Positions 20,320-30,106 of a DNA stretch of 64,000 bases are shown in pieces; positions within the stretch are counted from its first letter, which is position 1; the number at the start of each line of letters is the position of its first letter. The notes under the pieces were generated by a model. That model searched no databases and was not told the origin of the DNA. It worked only from the letters and a program-made list of their open reading frames with translations. A program made the position numbers and the translations under genes. The stretch lies in the sequence record DRR723986_22395, one strand, 5' to 3'.

Positions 20320-21450
20320 ATGAATTCTGACTCCCCACAATTAGATTCCAACCAACCCGTCAAAAAGCGAAAAACCATATTTCTGAACACTTCAGATGAT
20401 GATGACAGACCAGTCTACATCTCGGGAAACTTCAATAATTGGACTACACAGGATCGTCGTTTTTTGATGAAGAAAATCTCCCATGGAAAGTATGAATTTA
20501 CTTTTCCTGAAAGTGAGGAATTTGAATCTGAGCTTATCTACAAATTCACCAAAGGCGACTGGTCTGAGGTAGAAATTGATCGCTACGGAAATCGTACGCC
20601 AAATCGGCGCTGGAAAAATGATAAAGTAACCAAGACCGAAAAAGTAGCCAAATGGCGTAAAAATTGGCTCCCCTATCGCCCTAGCCAACTTCCAATAATA
20701 CGTTTAATCTCAGAGGAATTCGAAATCCCTCAGCTTAACAAAACCCGTAAAGTCTGGGCACTTTTGCCACATGATTACAATAGCAGCGAGGAAAAATACC
20801 CGGTGCTTTACCTTCATGATGCCCAAAACCTTTTCAATGAAAATGCTGAATTTGGAAACTGGCAGATAGATAAAAAGCTGGCTGTAATGTCCGATTATAA
20901 CATTGGAAAGATCATCGTCATCGCAGTAGAGCACGGAGAGTCTGAGCGTTTACAGGAATACAACGTCGGCAAAACCGTGCTCGGAATCGGTAGTGGCAAG
21001 AAATACATCCGTTTCATTACTGATACCTTAAAGCCATTTGTGGATAAAACGTATAGAACTAAAACTGAGCGGGAATTCACCGGAATTGGAGGAAGCTCCA
21101 TGGGAGGCTTGGTCAGTATTTTCTCTGGATTGATATACCCTGAAGTCTTCGGTAAATTGATGGTGTTTTCGCCCTCGCTTTGGGTGATTCCTAAAATCAA
21201 ACTTGGCTTTCTGGATATTTTTGAACCTCAGGAAACCAGACTTTACCTCTATGCCGGTGGGGATGAAAGCGAGACGATGGTAAAACACGTGCTCAAATTC
21301 CGAAAACGCTTACTCAAACGCGAAAGCTTAAAAGGCAAAATGAAAGTCCATCTTAGCATCAATGAAGATGGAAAACACAACGAGACTTATTGGAGTGATG
21401 AGTTCCCCAAAGCCATAGAATGGCTATTTTTCAGTGATAAAGAAGATTAA
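20320..21450 (+). CDS. Alpha/beta-hydrolase (putative esterase) with N-terminal CBM20/CBM48-like domain
   Basis: VYISGNFNNW...YKFTKGDW; YPVLYLHDAQN, nucleophile elbow GSSMGG, putative catalytic His in GKHNE. Confidence 0.85.
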   Translation: MNSDSPQLDSNQPVKKRKTIFLNTSDDDDRPVYISGNFNNWTTQDRRFLMKKISHGKYEFTFPESEEFESELIYKFTKGDWSEVEIDRYGNRTPNRRWKNDKVTKTEKVAKWRKNWLPYRPSQLPIIRLISEEFEIPQLNKTRKVWALLPHDYNSSEEKYPVLYLHDAQNLFNENAEFGNWQIDKKLAVMSDYNIGKIIVIAVEHGESERLQEYNVGKTVLGIGSGKKYIRFITDTLKPFVDKTYRTKTEREFTGIGGSSMGGLVSIFSGLIYPEVFGKLMVFSPSLWVIPKIKLGFLDIFEPQETRLYLYAGGDESETMVKHVLKFRKRLLKRESLKGKMKVHLSINEDGKHNETYWSDEFPKAIEWLFFSDKED

Positions 21451-21468
21451 AAGCCAAAGCGCCACCTT

Positions 21469-22896
21469 ATGAAATTCAACATACATTCAAATTCCAGCAC
21501 TAATTCAGGACTTCTGGTCATCCCGATAGTCGGTTTAAACTGGTCGGAATTACTCAAAGAAAAACTGGGAGGTTACGCTGTCAGCAACTCACTTTTCTCC
21601 GGCAAAAAAGACTCTTCTTATCAGTTAGAAATCAATGGGAAATTAGTTCTGTTGATAGGATTGGGAGAAAAAACAGATGTTTCCAGCATAGAAAAGTCAT
21701 TTCGAAGAATTCTAAGCAAGAATAAGGATTTGGTAGAAAAATCCGTTTCTATTGATTTTTCACCTGATTTTTCATCCGAATTAATTGAAAGTGCCTTAGT
21801 TGGTTTTCAACTTGGTGCTTATAACATTGGCTTTTTTAAGCTGAAAAAAGACGACCAAAAAGACTTTGCTGAACTAGAAGTCTCAGTTATTTCACAAGAG
21901 TCGGGATTAGAAAAAACTCTTGATCGAGCAGCAAAGATTGCCGCAGCAAAAATCGAAGGATTCAAACTAGTTGACCTTCCTCCAAATGTAATCACACCGG
22001 AATATTTGGCAGAATGGGCAGAAAAGTCCGGTGCTGAAAATGGTTTTACTGTAAAAATCTTTGATGAAGAAAAAGCCAAATCTGAAGGGTTGGATGCATT
22101 TTTGGCTGTTGCACGTGGCAGCGCAAAAACTCCCAAATTTATCATCATGGAATACAGGAACCCAGCAGCCAAATCCCATTTAGGGTTGGTTGGAAAAGGA
22201 GTCACTTTCGACACCGGCGGACTTAACATCAAAACTCAAGGGATGGTTTATATGAAATCCGACATGGGTGGAGCAGCTGCAGTTTTGGCTGCCACTCAGC
22301 TTATTTCTTCACTAAAACTTCCAATAAACCTAACAGCAATCGTTCCCGCTGTAGAAAATTCGGTGGATAAGGATGCCTATTTACCTTCGGAAGTTATTGG
22401 TTCGCATGCTGGACTGAGTATAGAAGTGATCGATACGGACGCTGAGGGACGATTGATTTTGGCTGATGGCTTGTCTTATTTAGTGAAGAATTATCAAGTA
22501 GATCAGCTTATTGATTTGGCTACATTGACAGGAAGTAGTGTGGGTACTTTTGGATATGAGTGTGGAGCTCTTTTTTCCAATTCAGACACAATCTCAGATT
22601 TACTTCGTGAAGCTGGAATGCAATCAGGGGAGAAAGTATGGCCTCTACCTATGTGGGAAAGCTATAGAACAGAAATGGACTCAGAGATAGCGGATATCAA
22701 GAATTACCATGGTAAACCTATCGCAGGTGCTATCACAGCAGCCAAATTTTTGGAAGCATTTATTCACGAGCATCCGAACTGGGCGCATTTAGATATTGCC
22801 GGTGTGGCATTTGGAGATAGTGAATTTGCAAAAACCAAGTCAGGGACTGCTTTTGGAGTTCAATTATTACTTAAATTCATCGAAAATCAATTGTAA
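21469..22896 (+). CDS. M17 leucyl aminopeptidase family protein
   Basis: VGKGVTFDTGG, MKSDMGG, DTDAEGRLILAD, DLATLTG, HLDIAG. Confidence 0.93.
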   Translation: MKFNIHSNSSTNSGLLVIPIVGLNWSELLKEKLGGYAVSNSLFSGKKDSSYQLEINGKLVLLIGLGEKTDVSSIEKSFRRILSKNKDLVEKSVSIDFSPDFSSELIESALVGFQLGAYNIGFFKLKKDDQKDFAELEVSVISQESGLEKTLDRAAKIAAAKIEGFKLVDLPPNVITPEYLAEWAEKSGAENGFTVKIFDEEKAKSEGLDAFLAVARGSAKTPKFIIMEYRNPAAKSHLGLVGKGVTFDTGGLNIKTQGMVYMKSDMGGAAAVLAATQLISSLKLPINLTAIVPAVENSVDKDAYLPSEVIGSHAGLSIEVIDTDAEGRLILADGLSYLVKNYQVDQLIDLATLTGSSVGTFGYECGALFSNSDTISDLLREAGMQSGEKVWPLPMWESYRTEMDSEIADIKNYHGKPIAGAITAAKFLEAFIHEHPNWAHLDIAGVAFGDSEFAKTKSGTAFGVQLLLKFIENQL

Positions 22897-22898
22897 TT

Positions 22899-24116
22899 AT
22901 GGAAAACCAAGGCCAGACTTTTCTATGCATTTCTAATTTTTTCAAGGGAAATGCTTTTTTAACTCAGCTGAAAAAACAGGGAAACCGAGTGTTTCTTATT
23001 ACTTCAGAAAAGCTGAAAGACAAGCCTTGGGCATTTGAATACATAGATGAAATTTTCTACATGCCTGGTCAGGATTTGGATTGGGACCTAGAACTGCTGA
23101 TGAAAGGTGTGGGAGGTTTGATGAAAACTCATAAAATCGAGAGCATAGTTGCATTGGATGATTACGATGTAGAGAAGGCAACTTTTCTACGTGAAAGCCT
23201 GAGAATCCCTGGAATGGGTCAGACTACAGGTCGTTTTTTCCGGGACAAACTTGCGATGAGGATCAAAGCACATGATTCTGATATAAAAGTCCCTGCCTTT
23301 GCACCCCTTTTCAATGACGATGATATCAACCAGTTTGCGGATCATATTCCTGCTCCTTGGGTACTAAAGCCAAGATCTGAAGCCTCTGCAAATGGAATAA
23401 TTAAAGTTCACGACAAGGAATCTCTTTGGGAAAACATTCATCAATTAGGAGACAATAGACTATACTACTTAGTGGAGCAATTCAAACCAGGCGACGTCTA
23501 TCATGCGGATGGATTGATGCTGGATGGTAAAAACTTGTTTTGCTCAGTTTCCAAGTATCTGTCCACTCCAATGGAAATCTCCCAAGGCGGTGGGATCTTT
23601 CGATCTGCTAATTTAACTTTTGGATCGACTGACGACAAGGCTATCAAAAAAGCAAATGCTGCCGTTATGAAGGCATTTGGAATGAAATCTGGAGCGACTC
23701 ATACAGAATTCATCAAGTCTCATGAAGATGGGGAAATTTACTTTTTGGAAACTTCATCCCGTGTCGGCGGAGCACATTTGGCTGAAATGGTGGAAGCGGC
23801 AACAGGGATTAATCTCTGGGCAGAATGGGCAAAAATTGAAGATGCATTGGCTAAAGGATATAAATACCAGCTTCCAAAAGTGTCTAAAAACTACGCTGGG
23901 ATTTTGCTTACCCTATCCAAATTTCAGCATCCAGATTTGAGCAGTTTTGACGATCCGGAGGTGTACTTTAGAGTCCCACTGGAATACCATGCAGGTCTGA
24001 TCGTAAAGTCAAAAAATCAGGATCGGGTGATGCAGCTTTTGGATGATTATGCCGAGCGAATTGCACGAGAGTTTTCTACTGTTGCGGATGCGCCTGAGAT
24101 AAAGAAGTTTCATTAG
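22899..24116 (+). CDS. ATP-grasp domain protein (putative amino-acid/peptide ligase)
   Basis: FRDKLAMR, PWVLKPRSEASANG, LVEQF, HTEF, FLETSSRVGG. Confidence 0.85.
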   Translation: MENQGQTFLCISNFFKGNAFLTQLKKQGNRVFLITSEKLKDKPWAFEYIDEIFYMPGQDLDWDLELLMKGVGGLMKTHKIESIVALDDYDVEKATFLRESLRIPGMGQTTGRFFRDKLAMRIKAHDSDIKVPAFAPLFNDDDINQFADHIPAPWVLKPRSEASANGIIKVHDKESLWENIHQLGDNRLYYLVEQFKPGDVYHADGLMLDGKNLFCSVSKYLSTPMEISQGGGIFRSANLTFGSTDDKAIKKANAAVMKAFGMKSGATHTEFIKSHEDGEIYFLETSSRVGGAHLAEMVEAATGINLWAEWAKIEDALAKGYKYQLPKVSKNYAGILLTLSKFQHPDLSSFDDPEVYFRVPLEYHAGLIVKSKNQDRVMQLLDDYAERIAREFSTVADAPEIKKFH

Positions 24117-24117
24117 G

Positions 24118-24888
24118 TTAAAATTTCTCTTCCACCCCTAGCCCAAAAAGCGCAAAGTCATATTTTACAGGGTCAGCAGCGTCAAACTCCCGAAGTTTCG
24201 CTGTTAACTCCAAAGCTGTCAACCAATCGGTTTGCTTTCGGGTAATCATGCCGAGCTTTCGTCCTACCCGATCCACATGCAGGTCGCATGGACAGATCAA
24301 TTGAGCTGGTGAGATTCTTTTCCAAAGTCCAAAATCTACTCCCTTATCATCATCACGCACCATCCAGCGAAGATACATATTAATTCGCTTGCAGGCTGCT
24401 TTGCGGCTTGGAGTCGCGATATGCTTTCGCGTGCGTTGTGGAGAATCTGGTAGAGAAAAGAAAAACTCCTGAAACTTGGTCAACATAGATTGCATAGCAT
24501 CCACTCCGCCAGTTTGTCCAAGGAGAAAAGCTTCTTCCAGTGAAGTATATTTTTTATAAAACCAACTCAAAAAATGGATGAAATAAAGCGTATCCACGTC
24601 ATTGAAGGTTCTGTGCTTGAAATTCAGAAAGGGTTTCAAATCATCTTCCTGATGATTCAGCAAAAAGTCATGAGGTGAATTGTCCATCATTTCAAACAAT
24701 TCTATGCACTTGTTAATAATGGTTTTTCGCTGTCCCCAAGCCAAAATCGAAGCGAAGAATCCTGAGATTTCTATGTCTTGTTTCTTCGAAAAACGATGAG
24801 GAATAGAAATTGGGTCCAGCTTAATAAATCCCGGCCTATTGTATTGCTCAACTTTCTCGTCTAAAAATCCCTTTAAATCCTGCATCAA
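24118..24888 (-). CDS. TIGR02757-family protein (HhH-GPD-related)
   Basis: DPISIPH, LAWGQR, KRINMYLRWMVR, DPVKYDFALF. Confidence 0.9.
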   Translation of the reverse strand: MMQDLKGFLDEKVEQYNRPGFIKLDPISIPHRFSKKQDIEISGFFASILAWGQRKTIINKCIELFEMMDNSPHDFLLNHQEDDLKPFLNFKHRTFNDVDTLYFIHFLSWFYKKYTSLEEAFLLGQTGGVDAMQSMLTKFQEFFFSLPDSPQRTRKHIATPSRKAACKRINMYLRWMVRDDDKGVDFGLWKRISPAQLICPCDLHVDRVGRKLGMITRKQTDWLTALELTAKLREFDAADPVKYDFALFGLGVEEKF

Positions 24889-25439
24889 AGAGCAACTTTC
24901 ACTTCACCACCCTGTGTCCCATCAAACCATTTGAAGGAAAGCTCATTCTCAACTTTCTCAGACACATGCCAATCAAAGCATTTGATATTCGTAAGCGAAC
25001 GCAAGGAATCCTCATCAGGATCGTACAGGCAGATGTCGAAATCTGGTAGATCTTTAGACTCGGTACTATTCCATTTCTCTAGAATAAATCCTTCTTCCAG
25101 TACCCTGACCTTTTTCCCAAAAACATAATCTGAAAGAACAGACGGAACCCCATCTTTCCTTCTAAACTTAAACCCAGAAGGTCCAAAAACGATTTGCTTG
25201 ATCAATTTAGCTTCCAACAATTCTCCAGAATACGGCAAATCTTCCCACTCCGATTCTTTCAAAACCACCTTCTTCCCCTCAGGCCGTAGTCTGTTCAGAA
25301 ATCTTGAGAGTAAAGAAAAAACGTAAGTAATACCGATAAACAACAAGCCAAAACTCGCCAAGATTGGATAGGAAATAATAAAAATAAGATTCCAGATAAA
25401 TCTGAAAATGTGGTGGAATACGAGTTGGACTTTATTCAT
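24885..25439 (-). CDS. Hypothetical membrane-anchored protein
   Basis: 184-aa ORF with an N-terminal TM segment; 4-nt overlap with the next gene; TAATTTTG promoter element at 25450-25457. Confidence 0.75.
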   Translation of the reverse strand: MNKVQLVFHHIFRFIWNLIFIISYPILASFGLLFIGITYVFSLLSRFLNRLRPEGKKVVLKESEWEDLPYSGELLEAKLIKQIVFGPSGFKFRRKDGVPSVLSDYVFGKKVRVLEEGFILEKWNSTESKDLPDFDICLYDPDEDSLRSLTNIKCFDWHVSEKVENELSFKWFDGTQGGEVKVAL

Positions 25440-25523
25440 AGCTCAAGCACAAAATTAACAGTGGCTTTGCGGAAACCAAAATTCACTCTTAAAACCTCCG
25501 CCCGAAAAGATAGGTTCAAAACG

Positions 25524-25553
25524 AAAAAAAGACCGCCAATTCTAACGGTCTTT
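25524..25553 (-). terminator. Intrinsic terminator downstream of the LysM gene
   Basis: AAAGACCG...CGGTCTTT stem with A7 on + (U-tract on -). Confidence 0.65.
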
Positions 25554-25749
25554 CTTTATTATTTGTGATGTAGTTAATCAGTGTTCATAAAATCAAAATC
25601 AAGAGATTTGTGATGCTAAATCATAATTTTATTTGACATCTTTTATTTATTACTACTTATAAAACTTACTAAGTCGCTATTCTCAAATCTCTCAATCTTC
25701 GTTCTCAGGGAATTCAACATCGGTCATCCAACATCAAACACCCGACTCC

Positions 25750-26898
25750 TCAATACATCACCTCAACAGGGAACCTACCATTTACAGCTTTCAATTGATC
25801 AAAAGCGGCCTGGGAAAGTTTGATTACCAATTTAGCATTATCGCCTGTTTCAGGAAGCGTTCCCACTACCCTAGCAAAAATGGTTACGTCATTCTCTTCA
25901 TTTTTCACCCGCATGATCGTGCCAACTGGCGCAGTTCTATGTAGAACCAAGTATTTTTTATGCCCTCCAGTTCCTTCAATTAGCTCAGCCTGACCGGTTT
26001 CCTTGATGTTTTTAAATCCCCCGGAAGTAGACTCATCTGCTGGCTCTACCATCATTTCCTCTGCACTGGAAACAACTCTTGGTGTACCAATTACCGGAAC
26101 AGTGGATTCCTGCATTGCTCCACGACCTACTTTGAGAACTTGACCTTGTTGTAAATTATTCGATGTCAAGGCGTTCCAAGTGATTAGATCCTCTACTCTA
26201 GCAGAATATTGACTTGCAATTGAAAAGAGTGTCTCTCCACTCTGTACTGTATGTGACCTCCATTCTCCCGGAACCATTGGCTTGCTGGTTTCCACTGCTG
26301 CCTCAGGTTTTGGAGCCGGTTCTGATTTTACTTTTACTTTAGGAGTTTCCTCCTCCTTTTTAACTGGCTTTTCTTTTGGCTTTGGCTCTGCTTTAACGAC
26401 TTCAGTTGAAGTGGCAACCGCCACTACGGGTGCTGGCTCCTTCTCTACAGCGACTGGTACAGCAGGCTCTATGATTAACGACTGGCCGACACTAAGGTCA
26501 TTACCTTTCAACCCATTATCTTTCATTACGCTTTCTACCGATACGCCATATTTTTTAGAAATAGAGAAAAGCGTCTCACCAGGCACTACATTATGCAACA
26601 CAGAACCTGCGGGAATTTCGGCCATCGATACAAAAGGAACTTTGATTGTCTGACCGATTTTCAACCCTTGCTTCAACACTGGATTAGCGTTTACAATATC
26701 ACTCACAGGGGAGTTATACCTGCGTGAAATCCCGAACAAAGTCTCTTTCGGATCTACTTCATGCAAAATATATGACTGATCTCCTATACGCTGAACTCCA
26801 ACCGAATCAAAGGCGGTAAGTTCGGAAGCCTTTGATAATGAAGCAGAAAGTGAGAATAGAAGAAGAAAGGACCAGAAAAACTGTGATCTATTATTCAT
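25750..26898 (-). CDS. Secreted protein with three LysM domains and a C-terminal RlpA/DPBB-like domain
   Basis: Three H.V..GETLF.I repeats; LHRTAPVGTIMRVKN...FARVVG; signal peptide from ATG 26898. Confidence 0.88.
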   Translation of the reverse strand: MNNRSQFFWSFLLLFSLSASLSKASELTAFDSVGVQRIGDQSYILHEVDPKETLFGISRRYNSPVSDIVNANPVLKQGLKIGQTIKVPFVSMAEIPAGSVLHNVVPGETLFSISKKYGVSVESVMKDNGLKGNDLSVGQSLIIEPAVPVAVEKEPAPVVAVATSTEVVKAEPKPKEKPVKKEEETPKVKVKSEPAPKPEAAVETSKPMVPGEWRSHTVQSGETLFSIASQYSARVEDLITWNALTSNNLQQGQVLKVGRGAMQESTVPVIGTPRVVSSAEEMMVEPADESTSGGFKNIKETGQAELIEGTGGHKKYLVLHRTAPVGTIMRVKNEENDVTIFARVVGTLPETGDNAKLVIKLSQAAFDQLKAVNGRFPVEVMY

Positions 26899-27250
26899 AG
26901 GGATATACTGAATTGGGGGTAAACGAATTAGAAATACAAGATTAATTTCCAAAGGCTAGAGGCGCAAGAATTATGCTAGAAATCGATCGTGATACAAGCG
27001 ACACTAGGGAATAGTTATAAAACAAGTTAGAATCCTCCGTGTTATCGGCATGGTATCTAAATAGAAATTATAAACCAAAGAAATGAAATGCGGCGGTCTT
27101 GCTTTTGTATTGGCCACAAAGATCGCAGAATAGCTTTATAATCAGAATTTACATCCATAAAATAGTCCAACAAATCTCGGTCGTTAAAAGAAAAGAATCA
27201 GTTTTTACACGTATTTCGTATCTTTTATCATTCGAACAAGACTTCCAATA

Positions 27251-28606
27251 ATGAAAATCTATTTCAGCCCTCTATTCCTATTTCTTATTCTAGCATCCCA
27301 ACTCATTCTGGCCCAAACCGATACTCGCGCTAATAAGAAAGTTTTTACTTTCAAGATCGACACTGATATCGATCCTGCGATGACTCGAAGAGTAAAATTG
27401 GCTTTGGAAAAGGCTGAAGAAGTGAATGCTGATCTGATTGTAATTGACATGGACACTTACGGAGGAGCTGTGAATGACGCGGATGAGATCAGAACGTTGA
27501 TTCTAAATTCTACCACTCCAGTTTACGTTTTTATCAATAAAGACGCTGCTTCTGCGGGTGCCTTGATTTCCATCGCCACAGATAGCATCTACATGGCTCC
27601 TGGCGCAAGTATAGGGGCTGCCACTGTGGTGAACGGAGCAGATGGAGCAGCGGCGCCCGACAAATACCAATCCTACATGCGCTCAATGATGAGAAGCACT
27701 GCGGAAGCGAAAGGTCGTGATCCAAAAATCGCTGAAGCAATGGTCGATGAGAAGATTGAAATCGAAGGAGTCTCAGAAGAAGGATCAGTGATAACTTTCT
27801 CCGTTTCTGAAGCTGAGAAATACGGTTTTTGTGAAGGCCAATACGATTCTATTGAAGATATACTGGCTGCCCAAAATCTCGGTGATGCTGAAATTATAGC
27901 CTATGAAGTAGGCCTTTCTGAGCAGATAATAGCTTTTTTTCTGAATCCTGCTGTCAGCGGATTTCTAATCCTAATAATAATTGGTGGGCTCTACTTTGAA
28001 TTGCAAACTCCTGGCGTTGGATTCCCAATCTTGGCTTCTGTGGTGGCAGTATTTCTCTATTTTATCCCTTATTATCTCAATGGACTTGCTGAAAACTGGG
28101 AAATCTTAGTCTTTTTTATCGGAGTAATTTTATTGGCAGTAGAACTATTTGCGATTCCTGGATTTGGGATTTTTGGCGTACTTGGGATTATCGGGATTTT
28201 GACTGGACTTGTTCTAGGCATGATTCCAAACCAGAACTTCAATTTTGATTTTGTCCCAGCTGCGGACCTATTTGGAGCCTTACTCACCGTAATTTTAGCG
28301 GCCATAGTTTCCGTGGGACTGGTATTTTGGCTTACTCCCAAAGTCAATGAATGGGGAGCATTCAAAACCATCACGCTAGCATCAACTCAGCAAAGAAGTG
28401 AGGGCTATACCTCTTCTTCTTATGCTGAAACTTTAAATGGCAAGACTGGCACAGTGCACTCCAGACTGCGACCAAGTGGGAGAATAGAAATAGACGGTGA
28501 TGTTTATGACGCCTATTCCCGTGGAGAATTTATTGATCAAGGAGAAAAAATAATCGTGATTTCCACTGAAGGCACTTCGCTGAAGGTGAAAAAATGGGAG
28601 GCTTAA
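27251..28606 (+). CDS. nfeD: Long-form NfeD (ClpP-like protease domain, TM region, OB fold)
   Basis: DTYGG, AASAGALI, MAPGASIGAA, ELQTPG, LRPSGRIEIDG. Confidence 0.9.
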   Translation: MKIYFSPLFLFLILASQLILAQTDTRANKKVFTFKIDTDIDPAMTRRVKLALEKAEEVNADLIVIDMDTYGGAVNDADEIRTLILNSTTPVYVFINKDAASAGALISIATDSIYMAPGASIGAATVVNGADGAAAPDKYQSYMRSMMRSTAEAKGRDPKIAEAMVDEKIEIEGVSEEGSVITFSVSEAEKYGFCEGQYDSIEDILAAQNLGDAEIIAYEVGLSEQIIAFFLNPAVSGFLILIIIGGLYFELQTPGVGFPILASVVAVFLYFIPYYLNGLAENWEILVFFIGVILLAVELFAIPGFGIFGVLGIIGILTGLVLGMIPNQNFNFDFVPAADLFGALLTVILAAIVSVGLVFWLTPKVNEWGAFKTITLASTQQRSEGYTSSSYAETLNGKTGTVHSRLRPSGRIEIDGDVYDAYSRGEFIDQGEKIIVISTEGTSLKVKKWEA

Positions 28607-28628
28607 GAGAAATTGGTAAGTTTGCGCC

Positions 28629-29003
28629 ATGAATACTTCTCAGACGATATATGACCTGGTAGGTGAAGAGCAAATCCGCTTGCTCACGCACTATTTTTAT
28701 CAGGAAGTTGCCAAAAACGAGGATTTGAAGAGACTTTATCCTGAGGATTTACTACCCGCAGAGGATCGCTTATTTCTGTTTTTACTTCAAGTCTTTGGAG
28801 GACCTGAAACCTATTCTGAGCAGAGAGGCCATCCCCGGTTGAGAATGCGTCATGCCAAATGGAAAATCGATGCGACCATGAGAGACCATTGGATGACTGC
28901 AATGCTAAGTGCCTTGGATAAGCTCAACTTGGAGCAGAATATCAAAGAAGCCATGTTGAGTTATTTTGTAAATGCAGCAAACCACATGATCAATCATGCG
29001 TGA
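28629..29003 (+). CDS. Group II truncated hemoglobin
   Basis: FY.EV, GGPETYSEQRGHPRLRMRH. Confidence 0.9.
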   Translation: MNTSQTIYDLVGEEQIRLLTHYFYQEVAKNEDLKRLYPEDLLPAEDRLFLFLLQVFGGPETYSEQRGHPRLRMRHAKWKIDATMRDHWMTAMLSALDKLNLEQNIKEAMLSYFVNAANHMINHA

Positions 29004-29727
29004 TCTTTTCGCAAGGCTGTATTCTATATACGCTGGGATAATCTTTGCGCTAAGTTTTCTACTGATCTTTCCTTTTATTCTGATTTGCATCTGGGTTCCA
29101 GGCTGGAAAAAATATGGTCGAAAAATCAATCGCTACTGGGCAAGGGCTTATTTCATTTGCATTTTCCTTCCAGTCAAGATTGAGAAAAGTGAGAAAATCC
29201 AAAAGGACAAAGCCTACATATTTCTTGCAAATCATTTCAGCTACTTGGATATAGCTATGATGGGCTTTATTCCCGGCGATGTTCTTTTCGTAGGAAAAGC
29301 TTCCATTCGTAAAGCGCCTCTATTTGGATATTATTTCAAAAACCTCCATATCGCTGTTGATAGAGAGCGCCTAAAAAGCCGTGCGGAAACGATGAAACGT
29401 ACAGACCGGGCCCTTCAATCAGGCAGCTCTGTGATCATTTTTCCCGAAGGTGGAATTTACACCAAGAATCCTCCAGAGATGATTACATTTAAAAATGGAG
29501 CTTTCCGGATGGCCATGGAGAAACAAATCCCGATCATCCCTGTCACTTTATCCTATAATCATCTAATTTTACCCGATGACGGGAAATTGCTGCTGTACTG
29601 GAGATCTGCAAAAATGGTCCTTCACGAGCCGTTATCCCCTGATAATTTTGAATCTGAAAAAGCGTTGAAAGACAAGTGCTTTCATGTGATTCAAAGTCAA
29701 CTCAACCTAGACAACTCAAAATCATGA
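28996..29727 (+). CDS. 1-acyl-sn-glycerol-3-phosphate acyltransferase (PlsC family)
   Basis: NHFSYLD (NHxxxxD), IFPEGG, FKNGAF. Confidence 0.9.
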   Translation: MRDLFARLYSIYAGIIFALSFLLIFPFILICIWVPGWKKYGRKINRYWARAYFICIFLPVKIEKSEKIQKDKAYIFLANHFSYLDIAMMGFIPGDVLFVGKASIRKAPLFGYYFKNLHIAVDRERLKSRAETMKRTDRALQSGSSVIIFPEGGIYTKNPPEMITFKNGAFRMAMEKQIPIIPVTLSYNHLILPDDGKLLLYWRSAKMVLHEPLSPDNFESEKALKDKCFHVIQSQLNLDNSKS

Positions 29728-29813
29728 AATCGAGCATGACAATAATCTCCCAGCGAGAGAAAAAATCTTAACATGCGAGATTACATCTGATCATTGAAAA
29801 TAAAAAAACACAG

Positions 29814-30101
29814 ATGAAAATAGACACCAACTCAATTAAGAAAATCGCTCACCTTGCTCGATTGGAATTTGATGAAGGAAGCGCTGAAAAAATGTCTAAG
29901 GACATGAGCCAAATCCTCGATTGGGTAGAGAAATTGAATGAAATTGATACAGAAAATGTAGAACCACTGACCACCATGTCCTCAGAAGTAAATGATATGC
30001 GCGAGGATAAAGTAGGTCATCAGCTGGATCATGAAGCCGGACTGAAAAACGCACCAAAAAGAGATGCTGACTACTTCCGTGTACCGAAAGTAATGGAGTA
30101 A
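29814..30101 (+). CDS. gatC: Asp/Glu-tRNA amidotransferase subunit C
   Basis: KIAHLARL...NAP....YFRVPKV. Confidence 0.93.
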   Translation: MKIDTNSIKKIAHLARLEFDEGSAEKMSKDMSQILDWVEKLNEIDTENVEPLTTMSSEVNDMREDKVGHQLDHEAGLKNAPKRDADYFRVPKVME

Positions 30102-30106
30102 CATAC

